Shown here: piece by piece, positions 38,110 to 53,336 of the stretch
How the letters are laid out: every line of letters starts with the position of its first letter
How positions within the stretch are numbered: the stretch's first letter is position 1
Origin: Camelus ferus
Lineage: Eukaryota
DNA length: 64,000 nucleotides
NCBI RefSeq assembly: GCF_009834535.1
Contig: NC_045697.1
Coordinates: 103,542,001 to 103,606,000, forward strand
Direction of reading: 5' to 3'
Notes under the pieces: model-generated
Told to the model about the DNA's origin: nothing
The model's database searches: none
What the model saw: the letters and a program-made list of their open reading frames with translations, nothing else
Program-made: the position numbers and the translations under genes

Positions 38110-40224
38110 GATAGACAATGGGGGAAAAAAATACCTAACTGGCTAGAGAATGTTTGACCTACCTGAAAACTCCTGGTGAAATAGAACTCGTTTGCATTAT
38201 TTATTTCTGGTTACCAGTGCTCCCCGCGGATGCATTTGTAAAGGCATCCAATCACCCGCACAGAAGATCCAACCTTTAATCTGTTAGATCCCACTTTCCT
38301 TTATTCTTTCCTTTATTCCTGCCTAATGTGTTAAGACTGGGATCCGATCTGAATCCCTGACTATGCTAGTCTAGCAGACACAGTCCCAGAGCCAACTCTG
38401 GGCCACCTCCCATCCCTGCCTGTGACCCAAACCTTTGTCTTTTTCCCCTTGGCCAGCACTGCTCCTCCAACCTTTCCACCAAGATGCTCCTAAAACCAGA
38501 GAGAAGGTCTCAGGGTCTAAGAGTGCGGCCTGAAGAAGACCCCGCATACACAACATGTGTTTGAAATCTTGTGCTCCGGGTAACACATCGCTCAGATGTT
38601 GCGTTCTCATCCCTGTCATGTTTCAGTGTGAATATGAATAGAAGGGAGGCTTCAGAAAGATATGTGCTGTTGGTCCTGTAGCCTCTCTGATGGCTGACCC
38701 TGGGAACCTTGTCCCCCAGGGGGTGGCCAACCCTAATCTCAGCAGCCACGGGGTAGAGTCTGTATTATGCCGCTCACATTCCTCCCCTCTGCTCCTGCCT
38801 GCTTTCCGGCCCATTCCTCCACCCAAGCCCCATTGTTTCCCAAAGGAAAGCGAGTCCATGTGTGTGATGCACGCACAGGCACGTTGGAGGAGGTGTCATC
38901 TGACAAAGTAAAATAGATTTCTTAACTGTAAGAAGACTTCAGTAGGCAAATGTGAATTATAAACTTTCCCACTGGGAATATAGTATATTGTGTTTCTCAA
39001 CCTTCTTTCCAGCAGACCTCGGGGACACTTTGAGGTCATGCTGATTCCACTAGGCATGACCTACTTTTGTAACTCCATGTTTTGCTTTGTGGCATTTCCT
39101 TAAACTGAACTGTTGCTCATGATGAACTATTTATCTTTAAAAGGTCAGTTCAAATATCTCCCTTGTGAAACTTTCCCCCTTACTTCTTGGTAGGCAAATG
39201 TAATTGCTTTCTTTAGCTTTGGATTAAAGCTCTCATCACGCTGTGATTTATAAGGTTGCACATCGAAGAGTCTGTTCTCCTAGATTTTAAATTCAGAAAC
39301 AACAATTACCAGTCCGCATCACTTCTGCATCTCCAGCACCAGTAACGATGCTCAGCACACACCGGCTGTGTGGGAAAGTGTCCACGTGCATTTGGAGTTC
39401 AGGCAGGAGTTAAAACTGCCAGAATTTGTGCTAAATTCTATGTGTCTGTGTAAGCCTTCTCCGTTTTTCACTCCAGTCTCGCTATTTTTGAGAAATGAAG
39501 ACATTAGAGCAAAGTGTCACCAAAAAAAAAAAAAGAGAGAGAGAGAGAGAATTCAATCCAACCCAGTTGGACCCCTGGGCATAGAAACTTCTGCCAGCAT
39601 TTTTTTGGTGAACAGCATCGTGGTCACTCTAATCATCATCGAGGGAAACCCTCAGTGTGGGATGCGTCTGTACCGGGTGCAGCCCTTCATGCGTCTACAT
39701 CGCTGATTTCACTTTACCTCCTCAACAGTCCTGTGCTGGAGGTACCATTACTGCTGACATTTGCAAAAGAAGAAACTGATGCTCTGGAGGACTTGCCCCA
39801 AATCAGAAATTAGCAGAGCGAAACGTTGAACTCAGATCATGACTGGTTTGTCTGCAGCCCTGGGTGAAGTTATTTCCAATGTTCCGGGCCATCATGTGAG
39901 CCCATCACAGACCGGAAAGGAGGCAGTGGAGGGCAGGGATCCCACCTCCGCCCCGAGCAGAGGCTCAGGTCCTCATCATAGCTGGGGAAACGTTTAGCAT
40001 TACTAATACAACAAGAAAGGTCTAGGGCTTTCAAAAATCTGTGATCTCTGGGATTCCACCTTTTTTTTTTTCCCCAGCAAGAAGCAGTTTTAGGCAGAGG
40101 TGAGAAAAACTAGACGGGTCGCAGTGGTTTCTGGATTCTCTGATGGGTGACTGTTAAGGATGCACAAGCCCCAGAGGGCCAAGAGTGTATTCTTTATTTA
40201 TTTGTTTGTTTTTCTTTAAAAAAT

Positions 40225-40672
40225 TAATTTTTTTGAAATCTCGTTGATTTACAATGTTGTGTTAGTTTCAGGTGTACAGCAAAGTGGTTGAGTTACACAT
40301 ATACATATATATATTCTTTTTTCACATTTTTTATTGAGTTATAGTCATTTTATAATGTTGTGCCAAATTCCAGTGTAGAGCACAATTTTTCAGTTATAGA
40401 TGAACATACATATATTCATTGTCACATTTTTTTCGCCGTGAGCTACCACAAGGTCTTGTATATGTTTCCCTGTGCTATACAGTATGATCTTGTTTATCTA
40501 GTCTATACATATATATATTCTTTTTCAGATTCTTTTCCATTGTAAGTTATTAGAAGACATTACATATAGTTCCCTGTACAGTAGCTACACAGTAGGACCG
40601 TATTGTTTATCTATTTTATATAGAGTAATGTGTATCTGTTAATTGCAAACTCCTAATTTATCCCTCCCCCCT
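40225..40672 (-). mobile_element. Older L1 3' fragment interrupted by a younger L1 stub (40322-40503)
   Basis: Two L1 3' termini in tandem; the inner one is flanked by duplicated TATACATATATATATTCTTTTT (40300-321 and 40504-525). Confidence 0.85.
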
Positions 40673-40812
40673 TACTCTTTAAAAAGACAAAAGAAATGGG
40701 GTGCTTTGCTGCTTGGTCAGGGGCTTCTATTACTGGGAAGGTCATCCCTATGGTGACATTTGTGAGGGGCTCACACTTAATGGTCTGTCCTCACGTGCAT
40801 TAAAGTCTTTAA

Positions 40813-41217
<405 letters not shown>

Positions 41218-41333
41218 TAATGGCCAGGGGTGGGCCAGTCAGGGCAGGTGCTGGAATGAGGCCAAACACTAGGGTGCTGAGGGAATGGAACCTTCTTGAA
41301 GTTGGACCGAAAAAGATCTCAACCATATTTATT

Positions 41334-41458
41334 ATTTTGGGGGGGAGTGGGTAATTAGATTGATTGATTGATTGATTTTAATGGAGGTACTAGGGATTGA
41401 ACCTAGGACCTCATGCATGCTATGCACACGCTCTACCACTGAGCTATAGCCTCCTCCC
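41334..41458 (-). mobile_element. tRNA-Ala-derived SINE, long form, in a REELD1 intron
   Basis: Reverse tRNA head with (GATT)4 linker; TSD ATATTTATT at 41325-33 and 41461-69. Confidence 0.88.
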
Positions 41459-41861
41459 TAATATTTATTCTTAAGTGCGTGAGAAACACTGATTGCAGAA
41501 GGGCCACTGGTCAGAGGTTGGGGTATGTAAATCATCTGGGGAAACTGGACTCTTAAATAGAGGGTTGGTCTCTGAGGTGCTGCTATAAATAAAATAAAAT
41601 CTAAATACAGGCTCTATTCTTAGATGGATACATTTATAACCTATAAATATACATTTTATACAAATAAACAAAAGCATTCAGGGAGTTTGCCATCCTCACT
41701 CACCTCACTCCCCCCGTTCCCTCTCCAGCCCCCAGTTACAAACTCAGGAGTGTTTCCAAGGAATATGATTGTGTCAGTATACCCAAGCAGCGGTGGGAAA
41801 GGTTTCTTTTTGATCCAAATACTTAGAGATGCCTTCTCAGCCCCTTTTTCCTTCCCTTTAG

Positions 41862-41925
41862 GCCTCAGAATGACCCAAGCTTTGATTCATTGGAAACTTG
41901 CCTGCCCACGGATGGAGGGGAACAG
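41862..41925 (+). CDS. REELD1: REELD1 coding exon 5
   Basis: cttccctttag| acceptor; (R)PQNDPSFDSLETCLPTDGGEQ; donor CAG|gtgatg. 64 nt; links phase 2 to phase 0. Confidence 0.9.
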
Positions 41926-42736
41926 GTGATGGTTGTGCGTGCACAGACAGTTTGGTGTTTTTGACCTCAGAGTGGGAAGTTCCAGGCTGGGAAATCAGAG
42001 CTATTAGACTAGTAGCCAAAATCAGAGCGAAGGAGGCAAGGGTATGGTAAATACACAGCATCTTTTCCCAATCAATACCAGCCTTCCATTATATGCAGTG
42101 TCTCTGAAGTTATCGATAATTATAGAAATTGATGGTTTTAGTGATTTGTTTTCCCACTTAGCTTTGGTTAATAATTCCTCTCTCCTCCTCCCAAACCCTC
42201 TCTTTCATAACAACATTGGCCTCAAAATACCATATATGGTCCCAGAGGTTAGATCAATGGGCAATATAAAATGTACATGCCCAGTGATTTACTCTTCCTT
42301 TGAAGTCTTAAAAGGAACACAAAATAAAACATGGTGTAATATCCTTACTCAAATTTATTGGAACCTACAGAAAGATTAAATGGTCCCTCTTGCATGGGTC
42401 CTAGCATAAAAAGCCACACTCAAAGCTTTCAGCCATTGGAGACAACAGTCACCCATATTTGTCTGGAAGCCCCTTAAAGGACCCTAAGTTTATTCCTGTA
42501 ACTGGCCCCGTGCTCTCTCTGTGGGGTTTCCATTAGCCTCCCCGTCCCCATCAATAACAAGCACATATTTATCTGCTTGAGTGTTTTACTTTGAGTTTTT
42601 AAAAGAGCAAGCTTGAGGCTGGGCTTTCAGCCGCTGCCCGGGATTCTTTAAGGAACTCAGGTGAGTTGCAAAGTTCAGTGGCTGCTTGGGGGCAGACCAG
42701 TTCCTTTGATTTCTCTTTTTGCCTTTGCTTTTCTAG

Positions 42737-43336
<600 letters not shown>

Positions 43337-45009
43337 GAAGAGGGTGGTGCCAGGCCTCTCAGTGTCCCCCTTAGACCCCGTAGCATCTCAGCTAGAACAG
43401 AGCTAAAGGGAAAAGCTGCTGAGGACAGAGATTCACTGTGGCAGTTAGTAAAGGAAGCAGCGAAAGGGCAGCTTTATCAACAGAGGGAGTTCTTCCGAGC
43501 TTTGTTGTCTTAACATCTGCAGTTCAGCTGCTTTTATTTCGTTTCGCAATTAGACCTTCTGTTTGAAGAGTTAAACTCAACACGATGAATATTGTATAAC
43601 CTGCTCATTAAGCAGACTCCCATGGCTGCTAAGCTTCCTTTGTTGCCTTAAGGAACCTGCAGAAATAGAACTTCTGTCCCACCTCAGCGTGTCAGCCTCA
43701 TCGCCTCGAACTCTTTGGGGGAAAAGAAAAAGTAATGTTGGGGTTGTGTCTCTTGCAAAAAGCAAACAAACGAAAAAGAACTACAGCCCTCCCTTTGCCT
43801 CTCCAAGCCAACCCCAAAAGAAATTTTGTTTTCCAGAGTTCAAAGCGGGCTCTGATTTAGTCCACGGGGTGAGTGCAAGGGTGTTCAGTTTTCTTGGAAA
43901 ACTCAGAAGCCTGGCGAATCTGCCGTGGTAATTGATCGGAAGCCAGGAGGGTTTTAGAGACCCCGATGGCCCCACGTCTGTGGGGAAACAGACGCACAGC
44001 ACGAAGCTATAAACACCAAGTGGGGTAAGCAAGCCTCTTCACCAGGTGTAAATGGATCTGGGACCTCCTGTCCACTTACAGTGGATGAGAGGCTAATGGA
44101 CCCCAACAGCAGGCAAACATCTTGCCTTTTGCCGAAGGTCAGGTTGAAAAAAATGATGATGCCAGCATAGTTTTAAAAAGAGCCTTTACTCAGCTAAAAA
44201 AAGCATCATGGATGAAGACTGTCTGCCTCCTCTTATGACTTTATGATGATCACTTTGATTTAGGGAAAGTCCCATAGATCCTGCCTGAGGTCCAAACAAC
44301 GGGTTTGAAGATAACGCTTGAATAGGCTCACCTAATATAACACATCAGAATTAGCTGCCTTTTCAGAGGTAAACGTATTATAGAGTCAAGATCCACTTTA
44401 ACGTGGAAACAAAAACCACTATAAATTCAGAAAGGGCATTTATGTATTGAGCACCTAAACCACAGAGGGGCTGTGCTGAGAACTGTCCGTATATGTTCGC
44501 ACTTAACTCTCACAATAACTTCAGCAGGAGTAATTCGGTAGCTTGCCAAAGAGAGAGGGGCAGTCATGACATCTCAATTCAACAACAAAAATATTTTTTT
44601 AAAAAAGCTCGGTTGTGCAGAAAAGAGCTGCTGTTTTTTTCCCAGCCCCTGAAAGCTCACTGGGTATCAATTCTAAGACTCTCTTCTCCCTAATCCTGGG
44701 GTAGACAGATCTGTCCCCTTGCTTTAGTCAAGTGCCTCTCCAGGCTCCTGGAGATAACTGGATGTTCAGAAATGAGGGTGTTCTAGGAGTGCCATGGAAA
44801 GAAACACGTGTGCTATACCCCAGTGGGGGCCACAGGTGCCTCTCCTCCCTACACAGCCCTCCCCAGAGATGCCCTACCCAAGATGCGAAAGAAGGATCTC
44901 GCCAGCGGAGAGCTCCCAGCTGGCCACGTCACCTCAGAGCCAGGTGCACCACACATACAACACCTTCCGGATCTTTCCTGTCCAAGAGGCTATTCTTCTG
45001 CATAAACAA

Positions 45010-45538
45010 ACTGTTTTGATGATCGTCTGCTGTGAAACGAACTACCCCCAAACTCAGTGGTTTAAAACAACAACTGTCACCAGCGCTGATTGTCTTATAT
45101 GAAGCTGGACTTGTCTGGTCTCAGCTGGGCAGTTCTTCTGCTCTGTGTGTCATCAAATGGGCTGGAACATCCCAGATGACTCACTCGTGGGGCTGGCAGT
45201 TCCTGCTGGCTGCCGGCTGGGCACTCACCTGGGGCTGTAGATGAGCGTGGGAAACAAGGTGGTCTCTTCTCTGTGGCTTCTTCTTGCCTGGTGGCGGGGT
45301 TCCCGGAGGGAGTGTTCCATACAGACAAAACCAGAAGCTGGGGATCTCTAAGGCCAAGCCTGGAAAGTGACACAGTTTCACTCCCGCCACATTCCAGTGG
45401 TCACAGTAAGTCAAAGGGCCAGCCCTCATTCTTCCAAGGGAATGGCCGTAGATTTCAGTTTTTGGACAGAGAGGTGGCAAAGGATTGGAAGCTATCTTTA
45501 ATTCACTGCATCGCCGGTTAGACTGCTGACCTGCCACA
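45010..45538 (-). mobile_element. MLT1-type (MaLR) LTR
   Basis: AACTACCCCCAAACTCAGTGGTTTAAAACAAC, GGCTGGAACATCCCAGATGACTCACTC and CACATTCCAGTGGTCACAGTAAGTCA motifs; boundaries approximate. Confidence 0.7.
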
Positions 45539-48011
45539 GGGCTTATGTGAGAGGGGAGAGGCTGCTGTCCCCAGGAGATGCCCTGGTGACGGCATCACAG
45601 GGGTCGAGGGGACCCTCCGGGTGTCAGGGTGTGGCACCTCCTCTTCCCCAGCTGGGAGCACCGGCTCAGGCACATTAGTGAAGGGGAGCAGTAGAGTCAG
45701 CGGGACGTCTGAGCCTTGGCTTCAGCATCAGAGATAAGCGGGTCACAAAATTATTTACCTCTTTTGGCCTTTGTGAGGATTAAATGCACTTTCCATCGTT
45801 AGCTATCTCTAATGAGCTAACTGACATTCCATTGTTATTAACATCATCCTGCAGCTGCAACACTATCTTTAAATCTAGTCCATTTAGAGAGATCCTGTGG
45901 CCACCAAAGGGAAAGTTACTCCCTTTCCATGACAGCTTCTCTCCCTGTGGACCCCCCTTCTCCAGCCCGGCTGATGCAGGCATCCTTGCATGGTAGCCAA
46001 TGGCCACAGTCCTGCTGGGGGTCAGACATTTTTTGCTGAGACATTCTGAGTCAACTTCCTTGGCAAGGGCAACTGGAGCCCCCAGGCCTGAAGTCAGCAC
46101 ACATAAAACCCGTCTGTCACTGTGATCTTGAAGGTCCTCTAAGCCTGGCTTCACTGGAGCCCCAGAGGGGAGTGGATAGGAAGGGTTAACTGAATCTGAA
46201 GGCACTTACTGAAAAGTAAAGAGCCCTTAAAAGTTATAAAAAGGCAAAGGACTCCAGTGCAACATCTTAAAATAGATTTTTTGTTTTATAGGACCAGCTA
46301 TAGAATTGTTCAGCCAACCACTTCTTGGAGGAAAAGGAGGTCTGGGGCTAAACACACATTTCAGGGAAAATAACAGAAAAACAATCACTGACATCTCTTT
46401 GTATTTTAAACAAATGCTTTTACATCTATTGTGCTAATTTAATAATCACAGACCGAGGGTAAGGGCGGGCCTTAACCTTTTTACATTCAGAGACTATTTC
46501 TGATATTTCTAATTGATTTCTCCCCTTAGATACAATAATTTTAGTAAATCACAACAACGCTTAACCGTAGCCTGACTGAGCAATCTCACTGTCAGAGCTG
46601 TCTGGATTAATTTGCTGTTACAATGTTTGTTTTCTTTTAAAAAAAATTCTAATTAACAACAACAAAAAAAATGGGTCAACAAGCCAGTAAATATTTAAAC
46701 AAGTGTCACGTTTTATTTGAAAAGTTGTCTGGGAAGAGCTGGCAATTTATGAATAAATTATGGATAGCATAGCCTCTGCCAGTCTTGGACTTCCAGTATT
46801 AATCCGTGATCCTAGCCTTTCTGGAATGCAGGCTCTGGGATTTGATTTCATCTCACCCCAACCTATCTCTCTGCTAAAAATGATGTGTGGCAAGGAATTT
46901 CTTCTATTCAAATGAAATGAATTTGCATTAATTTCTTTTATTAAACTTGAGAACTTCTCCATAGTCTGAAGCTATTCAGAACTCAGCTCCATCTGGCCTC
47001 TCGGGGCTGACAAAACCAGCCGTAATAATCTCTGGCTTAGAATATCGGGAGGGCCTTTATGATGAAAGGCAGGCTGCTGTTTCGTGTGTTTGTTCTGTTC
47101 TTTAAATGCAAAAAGAGAAAGTGTGAACATTCTGAGACTGCTCCTTTGAAAACGATGGGTGGAGCGGCCAAGACAACTGAAATCTGGCAAACGGTTTTTC
47201 GGTTGTTTTTTTGCTTTTAAAACATAAATCCGTTCATGCTGTCTCCACATGCTCTAATGGCTTTCCATCTCCCTCAGAATAAAATCTGAACACCTGGCTG
47301 GGCTGACCAGGGACCGGAGACCCAGCCCTGGGAACACCCACCTTCTTGCAGGCGCCTGCATATTCCCTGAGCTGCTGCGAATAGTCCTGGGATGCAGCAT
47401 GGCTCCATCCAGCTCACTTGGTCTGGATGCTCTTGTCGACTGGAACCCCGCTCCCCCTCAGACATCCGCAGCCTTCGGAACTTTGCTGCCATGTTGCCTC
47501 AACAGAGTGGCTTCACCTCTACACCCCTCCCTGCATGGTAATTCTTACAGCACTCCTTACCTCCCAAGTCTTATATGTGCTGACTCCCCCCGACTAGAAA
47601 GCTTTATAAAGGCAGAGACATTGCTTTATTCACCGCGATTTCACCAACACCTAGAATTGTTCTCAATACATAGTAAGTAATCAATAAATATTCGTTAAAC
47701 GAGCAAGTGAAAAGTTGAATGTTTGTATCACTATCGCCACCGCCTGGTCCAGGCTGAACCTTGGGCCAGTACAAGTGCTCGTGTGTCAGGTGATACAAGT
47801 GTCTTTCCAGAAAGTAACTGAAGGGCTCTGTGTGCCCGTGTCCCCAGGGTGTTGGTGTTCCAGTATCCCAGATCCAAGACGGGGGCAGTTCTTGGTCCGG
47901 AGGGCTTGAGAGCAGACTTGCCTTGTCAGTCTGGGCTGGGCAGAGGGAGAACTGATGGGAGTCCTCCCACCTCACCCGTGAGCGTTCTTTCTTCAGTTTA
48001 TATGGTCTGAC

Positions 48012-48232
48012 ATGGGGTTTCTCAACCTCCGTGCTACTAACATTTCGGACTGGCTCGCCCTTTGCTGTGGGGACTGTCCTGTGCACTGTCAGATGTTTGA
48101 CAGCATCCCTGGCCTCTACCCACTGGATGCCATTGGGCACCCCCAGTTATGACAACCATAAATATCCCCAGACACTGCCACCTGTCCCCTGGGGAGGTGG
48201 GGAGCAGAATCACCCCCATTTGGGAACCACTG
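48012..48232 (-). mobile_element. MER20 DNA transposon
   Basis: GGGTTTCTCAACCTC...GGGAACCACTG ends; CAGCATCCCTGGCCTCTACCCACTGGATGCCA core; clearly homologous to 499-716. Confidence 0.88.
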
Positions 48233-49701
48233 ACCTAGGAAGTAGGAGATGCAATTACAGGCCCCAGGATGAAGCAGCGTCTCTTAAGCCACGCCCTCAT
48301 TCAGCGATGGAGGGGGCACTACTGAAGCAGAAAACACCAGGACTGAAAAATTGGAAATGGCTTTAAAGATCATCTGACTCAGTGGTTTTGAATTTTGAAT
48401 TTTGGCTATTAGGTGTGACGATCAAAGCTGAACGCTCTAGCTCAAGTCTGCGGCTGTCTCCCCCTCCTCCTCCCCCGACCCCTCTCCCTCACCTTGCCTC
48501 ACTGCCCGAGGCATGCAGGGCTCCAACAAGCATGGGTTGAAACCACTCACTAGCAATGCCTCCTTAATACAGACGAGGAGAGCAAGGCCACCGAGAGGTC
48601 ACAGTCACATTAGAGTCCAGGTGGTTCTTGGGCTCCTGCCTCCCCTCCCGACTTACAACCCACTTTTCTTTCCACCACACTCAGCAGAGCATTTATTTTT
48701 CTTGGAACACGTTTGGGTGCTGTAAATATTTCAGTCGTTCCAGAGAGAGCCTGGAATCAAGCAGAAAAGTGGCCTAGAATGATGAATCTACAGTTGCCAT
48801 TAGAGCCAGAAGGATGACAGGAACTTGGGGATGGACCACCATGGTGGGCCAGGCGGAGGCATGACCTGCCCTCTGTGACGAGGCCCTGGCAGTGGGCTGA
48901 GGGGAGATTTGACAAAGAGAAAAGGGACCAATAGGCTGGGAAGGGAAAGATGCTGGATACCACCACCCACCGCCGACCTAAGAGATGTGTCTTTGGTTTC
49001 TGGCCACTGCCTTGAATTCACTGCCTCCTGTCCTCTGGGCTCTGCATTCTCCTTCCTTCAAATAGCACCTTGGGAGAATTTTCCCCCATCTACTGATGAT
49101 AGACGGTTTCTTCTTAAGTGTTTGGTTACTTCATAGACGGGAGAAGCTAGCTGGAAATGCATTCTACTGGCTGTTAAAGAATGTATTTTCCTGATTTATA
49201 GTCAGGCTAGGCAGGGTTGTCTGAGAGGCAAGGAACCAATGGGGAGATCCACTTTGACTAATGATTAATTATTATATCTAAAGTGATGTTTTCCTATCAA
49301 CTGATAGGCTAGAAAAATAGACTAGAGCTTGCCAGGTTAGCACCACGGGTCACAGATGTTGCCTCGTCATTTCAGATTGTATTATCCATTACAGACGGCA
49401 TCTTCTCATTTAGAAGCATAATTTGTTGTTCTGGCAGACAAAAAAAAAAAAAAAGCTGACATTTCACATGCAAGCCGAAGATTAGAATCACAGCAAGGCC
49501 CGCATGTGGAAGAGCATCAGGATGTGGTGTCCCTGAATCAAGGACAGAGGCAGCTTGCGCTGAGAGAGATGTAGAAGCTGGTGACTTCTGACCTTTATTA
49601 TGCAAATGTGCAGCCCCGTGAGCCGGGCTGCTTAACCTCATCAGGGGAAATGTCGCTGATCATTTCCAGCTCCAAATGTAGCACAAACATTAGCACTATT
49701 A

Positions 49702-49703
<2 letters not shown>

Positions 49704-49754
<51 letters not shown>
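49704..49754. repeat. (TTA)17 microsatellite
   Basis: Read directly from the sequence. Confidence 0.96.
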
Positions 49755-49756
<2 letters not shown>

Positions 49757-49859
49757 TGCAGGGCATGATGATTAAGCTGAGTCTCTACTAGCCCAGACCC
49801 ACTGGGGTTGAAAATCAACTCTTCTTGATAGTAAATAAACAAACATATTTTTGTTCTCT

Positions 49860-49872
49860 CTATTTATTATTT

Positions 49873-49916
<44 letters not shown>

Positions 49917-50015
49917 TTTTGAAGTACAGTCAATTACAATGCGTCAACTTCTGGTGTGCAGTGCAATGTCCCAGTCATGCATATGCATACATATATTTGT
50001 TTTCATATATTCTCT
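49860..50015 (-). mobile_element. L1 3'-end stub with (TTTA)n tail
   Basis: Homologous to 11104-11197 (GAAGTA...TCTGGTGT...CAATGTCCCAGTCATGCATA). Confidence 0.8.
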
Positions 50016-53000
50016 CTCTGTCATGTTTCTGGGTGAGGCGCTTTCCAGATCTGGTGTCCGCCAGGCATGGGGAAGAGGGTGAGCGTATCACAACGTCCAA
50101 TCTCCAGCCCCGGACGCCTTCCCTCCTGCCTCCTCCAGGTCCTATGCCCCAGCCACAGAGGTGTCTAGAGAAGCTGGGGCAGGAGAGGGGACTAGGTGAG
50201 GGGGTGGGAGATGGGGAGAAGGAAGGAAAAGAGAGCTACTGCAGAAGATTAGAGAAGAAAGGGAGGGGAGAGGTCCTTTAGTCCTGGGCAGGGGTGACTG
50301 CTATCTACCAGAGCCACAGAGCAAACTGGGAAGGCTACTGGATGTAAGAGATGGAGACAAAAAGAGCTTGGAATCAAGCAACAAAGAAAAGGAAGTCAGT
50401 GAGAATGGGGAAGCCAGAGGCAGTTGATTTGCAGCCCCGGGCGATAGAAGGTGAAGCCTGTGCGTCCCTGAATCCAGATTCCAGGACCTGAACGGGCCAG
50501 GTCATACTTCCAGAAGAAAAGACTCCTGGTGTGGGGAACTCAGAAACCGAAGTCAGACACACAGCTATAGTGAGATTCTGGAGGAAGCAAAGAGCTTTCC
50601 CTCCCACAGCCCGGTACTAGGGGAAATGTCCAGCTTTAACAGGTCACCCTGGGTGGCGGTTGGTTCCCTGTACCGTTGGAAAGACTAGATGCATCTCTGT
50701 AGACCCTCAGAGACCCTCTCATCAAGCCCCAAATCCTTCAGATACAAATATTGACATCAGGACTCCAGTTCAATGAAATTAGACTTCTTAAGAGTGGGGC
50801 CCACGTCTGCAGTTTTTAAAGCTTTCCAAGGGACTCGAATGTGCTGCCAGGGCTGAGAGCTGCCGCTGTAGATTCTGATCAACAGAAACTCCACAAAGGC
50901 AGGGATGCCTGTGTCTTGATTTTCTGCTCCATCCCCTGGCGTCCAGCACGGTGCTGGCCACATGGTAGAAACTGAATGTAGATTTATTACAGGAAAGGAT
51001 AGTGGGTGAAACAAGGCATTTCTTTAGCAGAAACACGTCTGTCTGTAACTAGGCCATGCAGGGCACCTGAGGAGGGGAGTTACCTCCCGGCCCGCAGAAA
51101 GCCATGCTGTCACATGTACATTTGTCCCTTGTTGTCCCAGCACAGGCAGACACGCAGCATGCTCCCAGTTCCTCCTGAGTATAAAGCAGATGTTGTACTC
51201 TGAATCTGGGTTGTTTAGATGACATCAGATCAACAACCCCATCACCCAAGGAGTTGGTCCAGTTGTTTTCTTGTGTTCTCCTGGGAGCGCTGGTGTGACA
51301 AGACTTTCCAAGAATAGGCTCAAACCATCACACCACCATCTGCCTGCAGCCTCCTGTGGGCTGTTATCTTCCCCCACCAGCAGCTGAGGAACAGTCAAGG
51401 GTCACTTCCAGTGGCCTTTTCTTCCTTCCTGTGCCCACTCAGGGTCTGGTCAGTGATGAGTTTGGCAGAAAGGATGGGTGACCTTTTCCCAGAGTCAGGA
51501 GACCTGACCCTCTGGCTGCTGGATGTGAGGAGACTGGTGAAGGGAAGCTCAAAGGAGCCCCAGGTGTGGGCGTGGATCTGAGTTCATTGGGTGGGGGAGC
51601 ATCTCATCAGCATCTCTGTAGGACATAGGGTGAGGGTGTCTGACATCAACTGCCAGACTTGGGTACCACTGTCAAGGACTGGAGAAGCAACACATTTGAT
51701 TGGAGGAAGAACCAGTGTGTGGCCTGGGTCCTTCCTCTCCTCCCACGAGAGTCCTTCAGCCAGACGCTGAGACAGAGGTGGAGCTGTGTGCTGTTAACCC
51801 ACTTCAGACAGTGCAGGTGCCCATGTGAAACCTTTGAGCTGGGAGAGGGAATGTGATCTCATTGTTTCTCACCCCATTTCCACCAAGAAACAGGGCATAG
51901 GAAAAGCAAGAAATAAGATATTTGGAACTTAACTCAAAATTTGATCGTGCTACGACGGACTCTAGAACTTTTGCCAAGTCCTTTCATGTCTCTTAAGCTC
52001 AGTTTTCACATCTATAAAGAGAGGATGATGTAATTTGCTGGGCAGATTTGTTGTGAGCAATAGATCCTAGGGCGATTGTGAAATCCTACTGTTTGAATCC
52101 TATGGAATTATTATTTCACCATTGGGCTCTGAGCTCTTTGAAGGCAGAAACAGCATTTTCTTTTTATCTTTGTGTCCTCAACCTCTAACCCAATAAACAG
52201 GTGGCACATAATAGATGCATAGCGTTACCTTCTCAGAGCAGTATGCCCAAACGATTCATCTCGGGATCCTCTAGGTATTCATTCCATTCTCGTGGTTTCC
52301 TTCAGAGCCTCCAATGATCTATGTCCTTGTATATCATCTATCTCTGAACTAGACTGTCATTTCCATGAGATCAGGACTTTGTCTTGGTGGCCAGTCTAGA
52401 ACAGTGCCTGGTGCAGAGCAGTTACTCAAAATATGCTTGTCAAATCAAGAGAGGAAGGAATGGCAGCTGTTTTATTACTGCTAGTAGTAGCAGTGCTTGC
52501 AGGATGAATTGGAATCCATCCCAACAGGTACAAGTTAATTGTCTCTGGAAAGCTCACCAGAAAGGGGGAGAACCATCAGAAGCCGTCTGACTTTACTCCT
52601 CACGGAGCTCTGCCTGGGAACATTTACTGGGGCTGGCGATTTCCTCAGGCCTCCACCAGGAGGCCCTTCATGCTAAACTGAGCAGTGGGAATGAGGTTTT
52701 CAGATGTGGACAAGGGCCACCTCGGAGCCCGAACTGGGGCCCTCTGGGGGGAACGGGTGGGTCCGCACCCTCTCCTGGGCTTGGCCCCAATAGAAGGCTC
52801 CAGACGGCTCGGGCTCTGGGCCAGGTTGCTTGGTTCCAGTGGGAAAGCTGACCTTGGCCAGGAAGAACCAGGAAGAGGCATAAATGACTCATTGTCCCAC
52901 ATCCGCCAAGGTAAAAACCCAGCAGTGTGTGTGGCCTTTGGGGCTGGACGTTATTGCTGCCTTGGCTCCCTCCACAGCCAAAATAAAAGCCGTTGGCCAG

Positions 53001-53317
53001 CAACCCAGGCGCAGCCTAGGACTACAACCATGGATCTCTTCCATGGTCCCGTTCCACACACTTCCCTGCGCCTCAAGTCCCTAAATACCGTGTATGATTT
53101 CCAGTTCTAAAAGTAGCGTGCTATTTCCTTTTAAAGGCTTAAGGCAGCCTTCATTTCCAGTCAAGGCCATGTGACATTTTATGGACTTGCGGAAGAAACT
53201 GGATCGGTTCTCAGGTCACGTGTGAAGGAGGGTTCCGTGGAATGTGCTTTATTTTTATTCAAGAGTTTAAGATCCAAAAAGTCACTGAAATTTGTAAGAT
53301 GTGCTACTGCCACCAGA

Positions 53318-53336
53318 TTTCCACTAGAGGGCACTC
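53318..53336 (+). promoter_or_regulatory. Candidate CTCF binding site
   Basis: CCACTAGAGGGCAC (53321-34) fits the CCASYAGRKGGCRS core consensus. Confidence 0.6.

Noticed and set aside
49581..49775. Poly-leucine ORF resembling a signal or TM peptide
   Set aside because: Translation of the (TTA)17 microsatellite.
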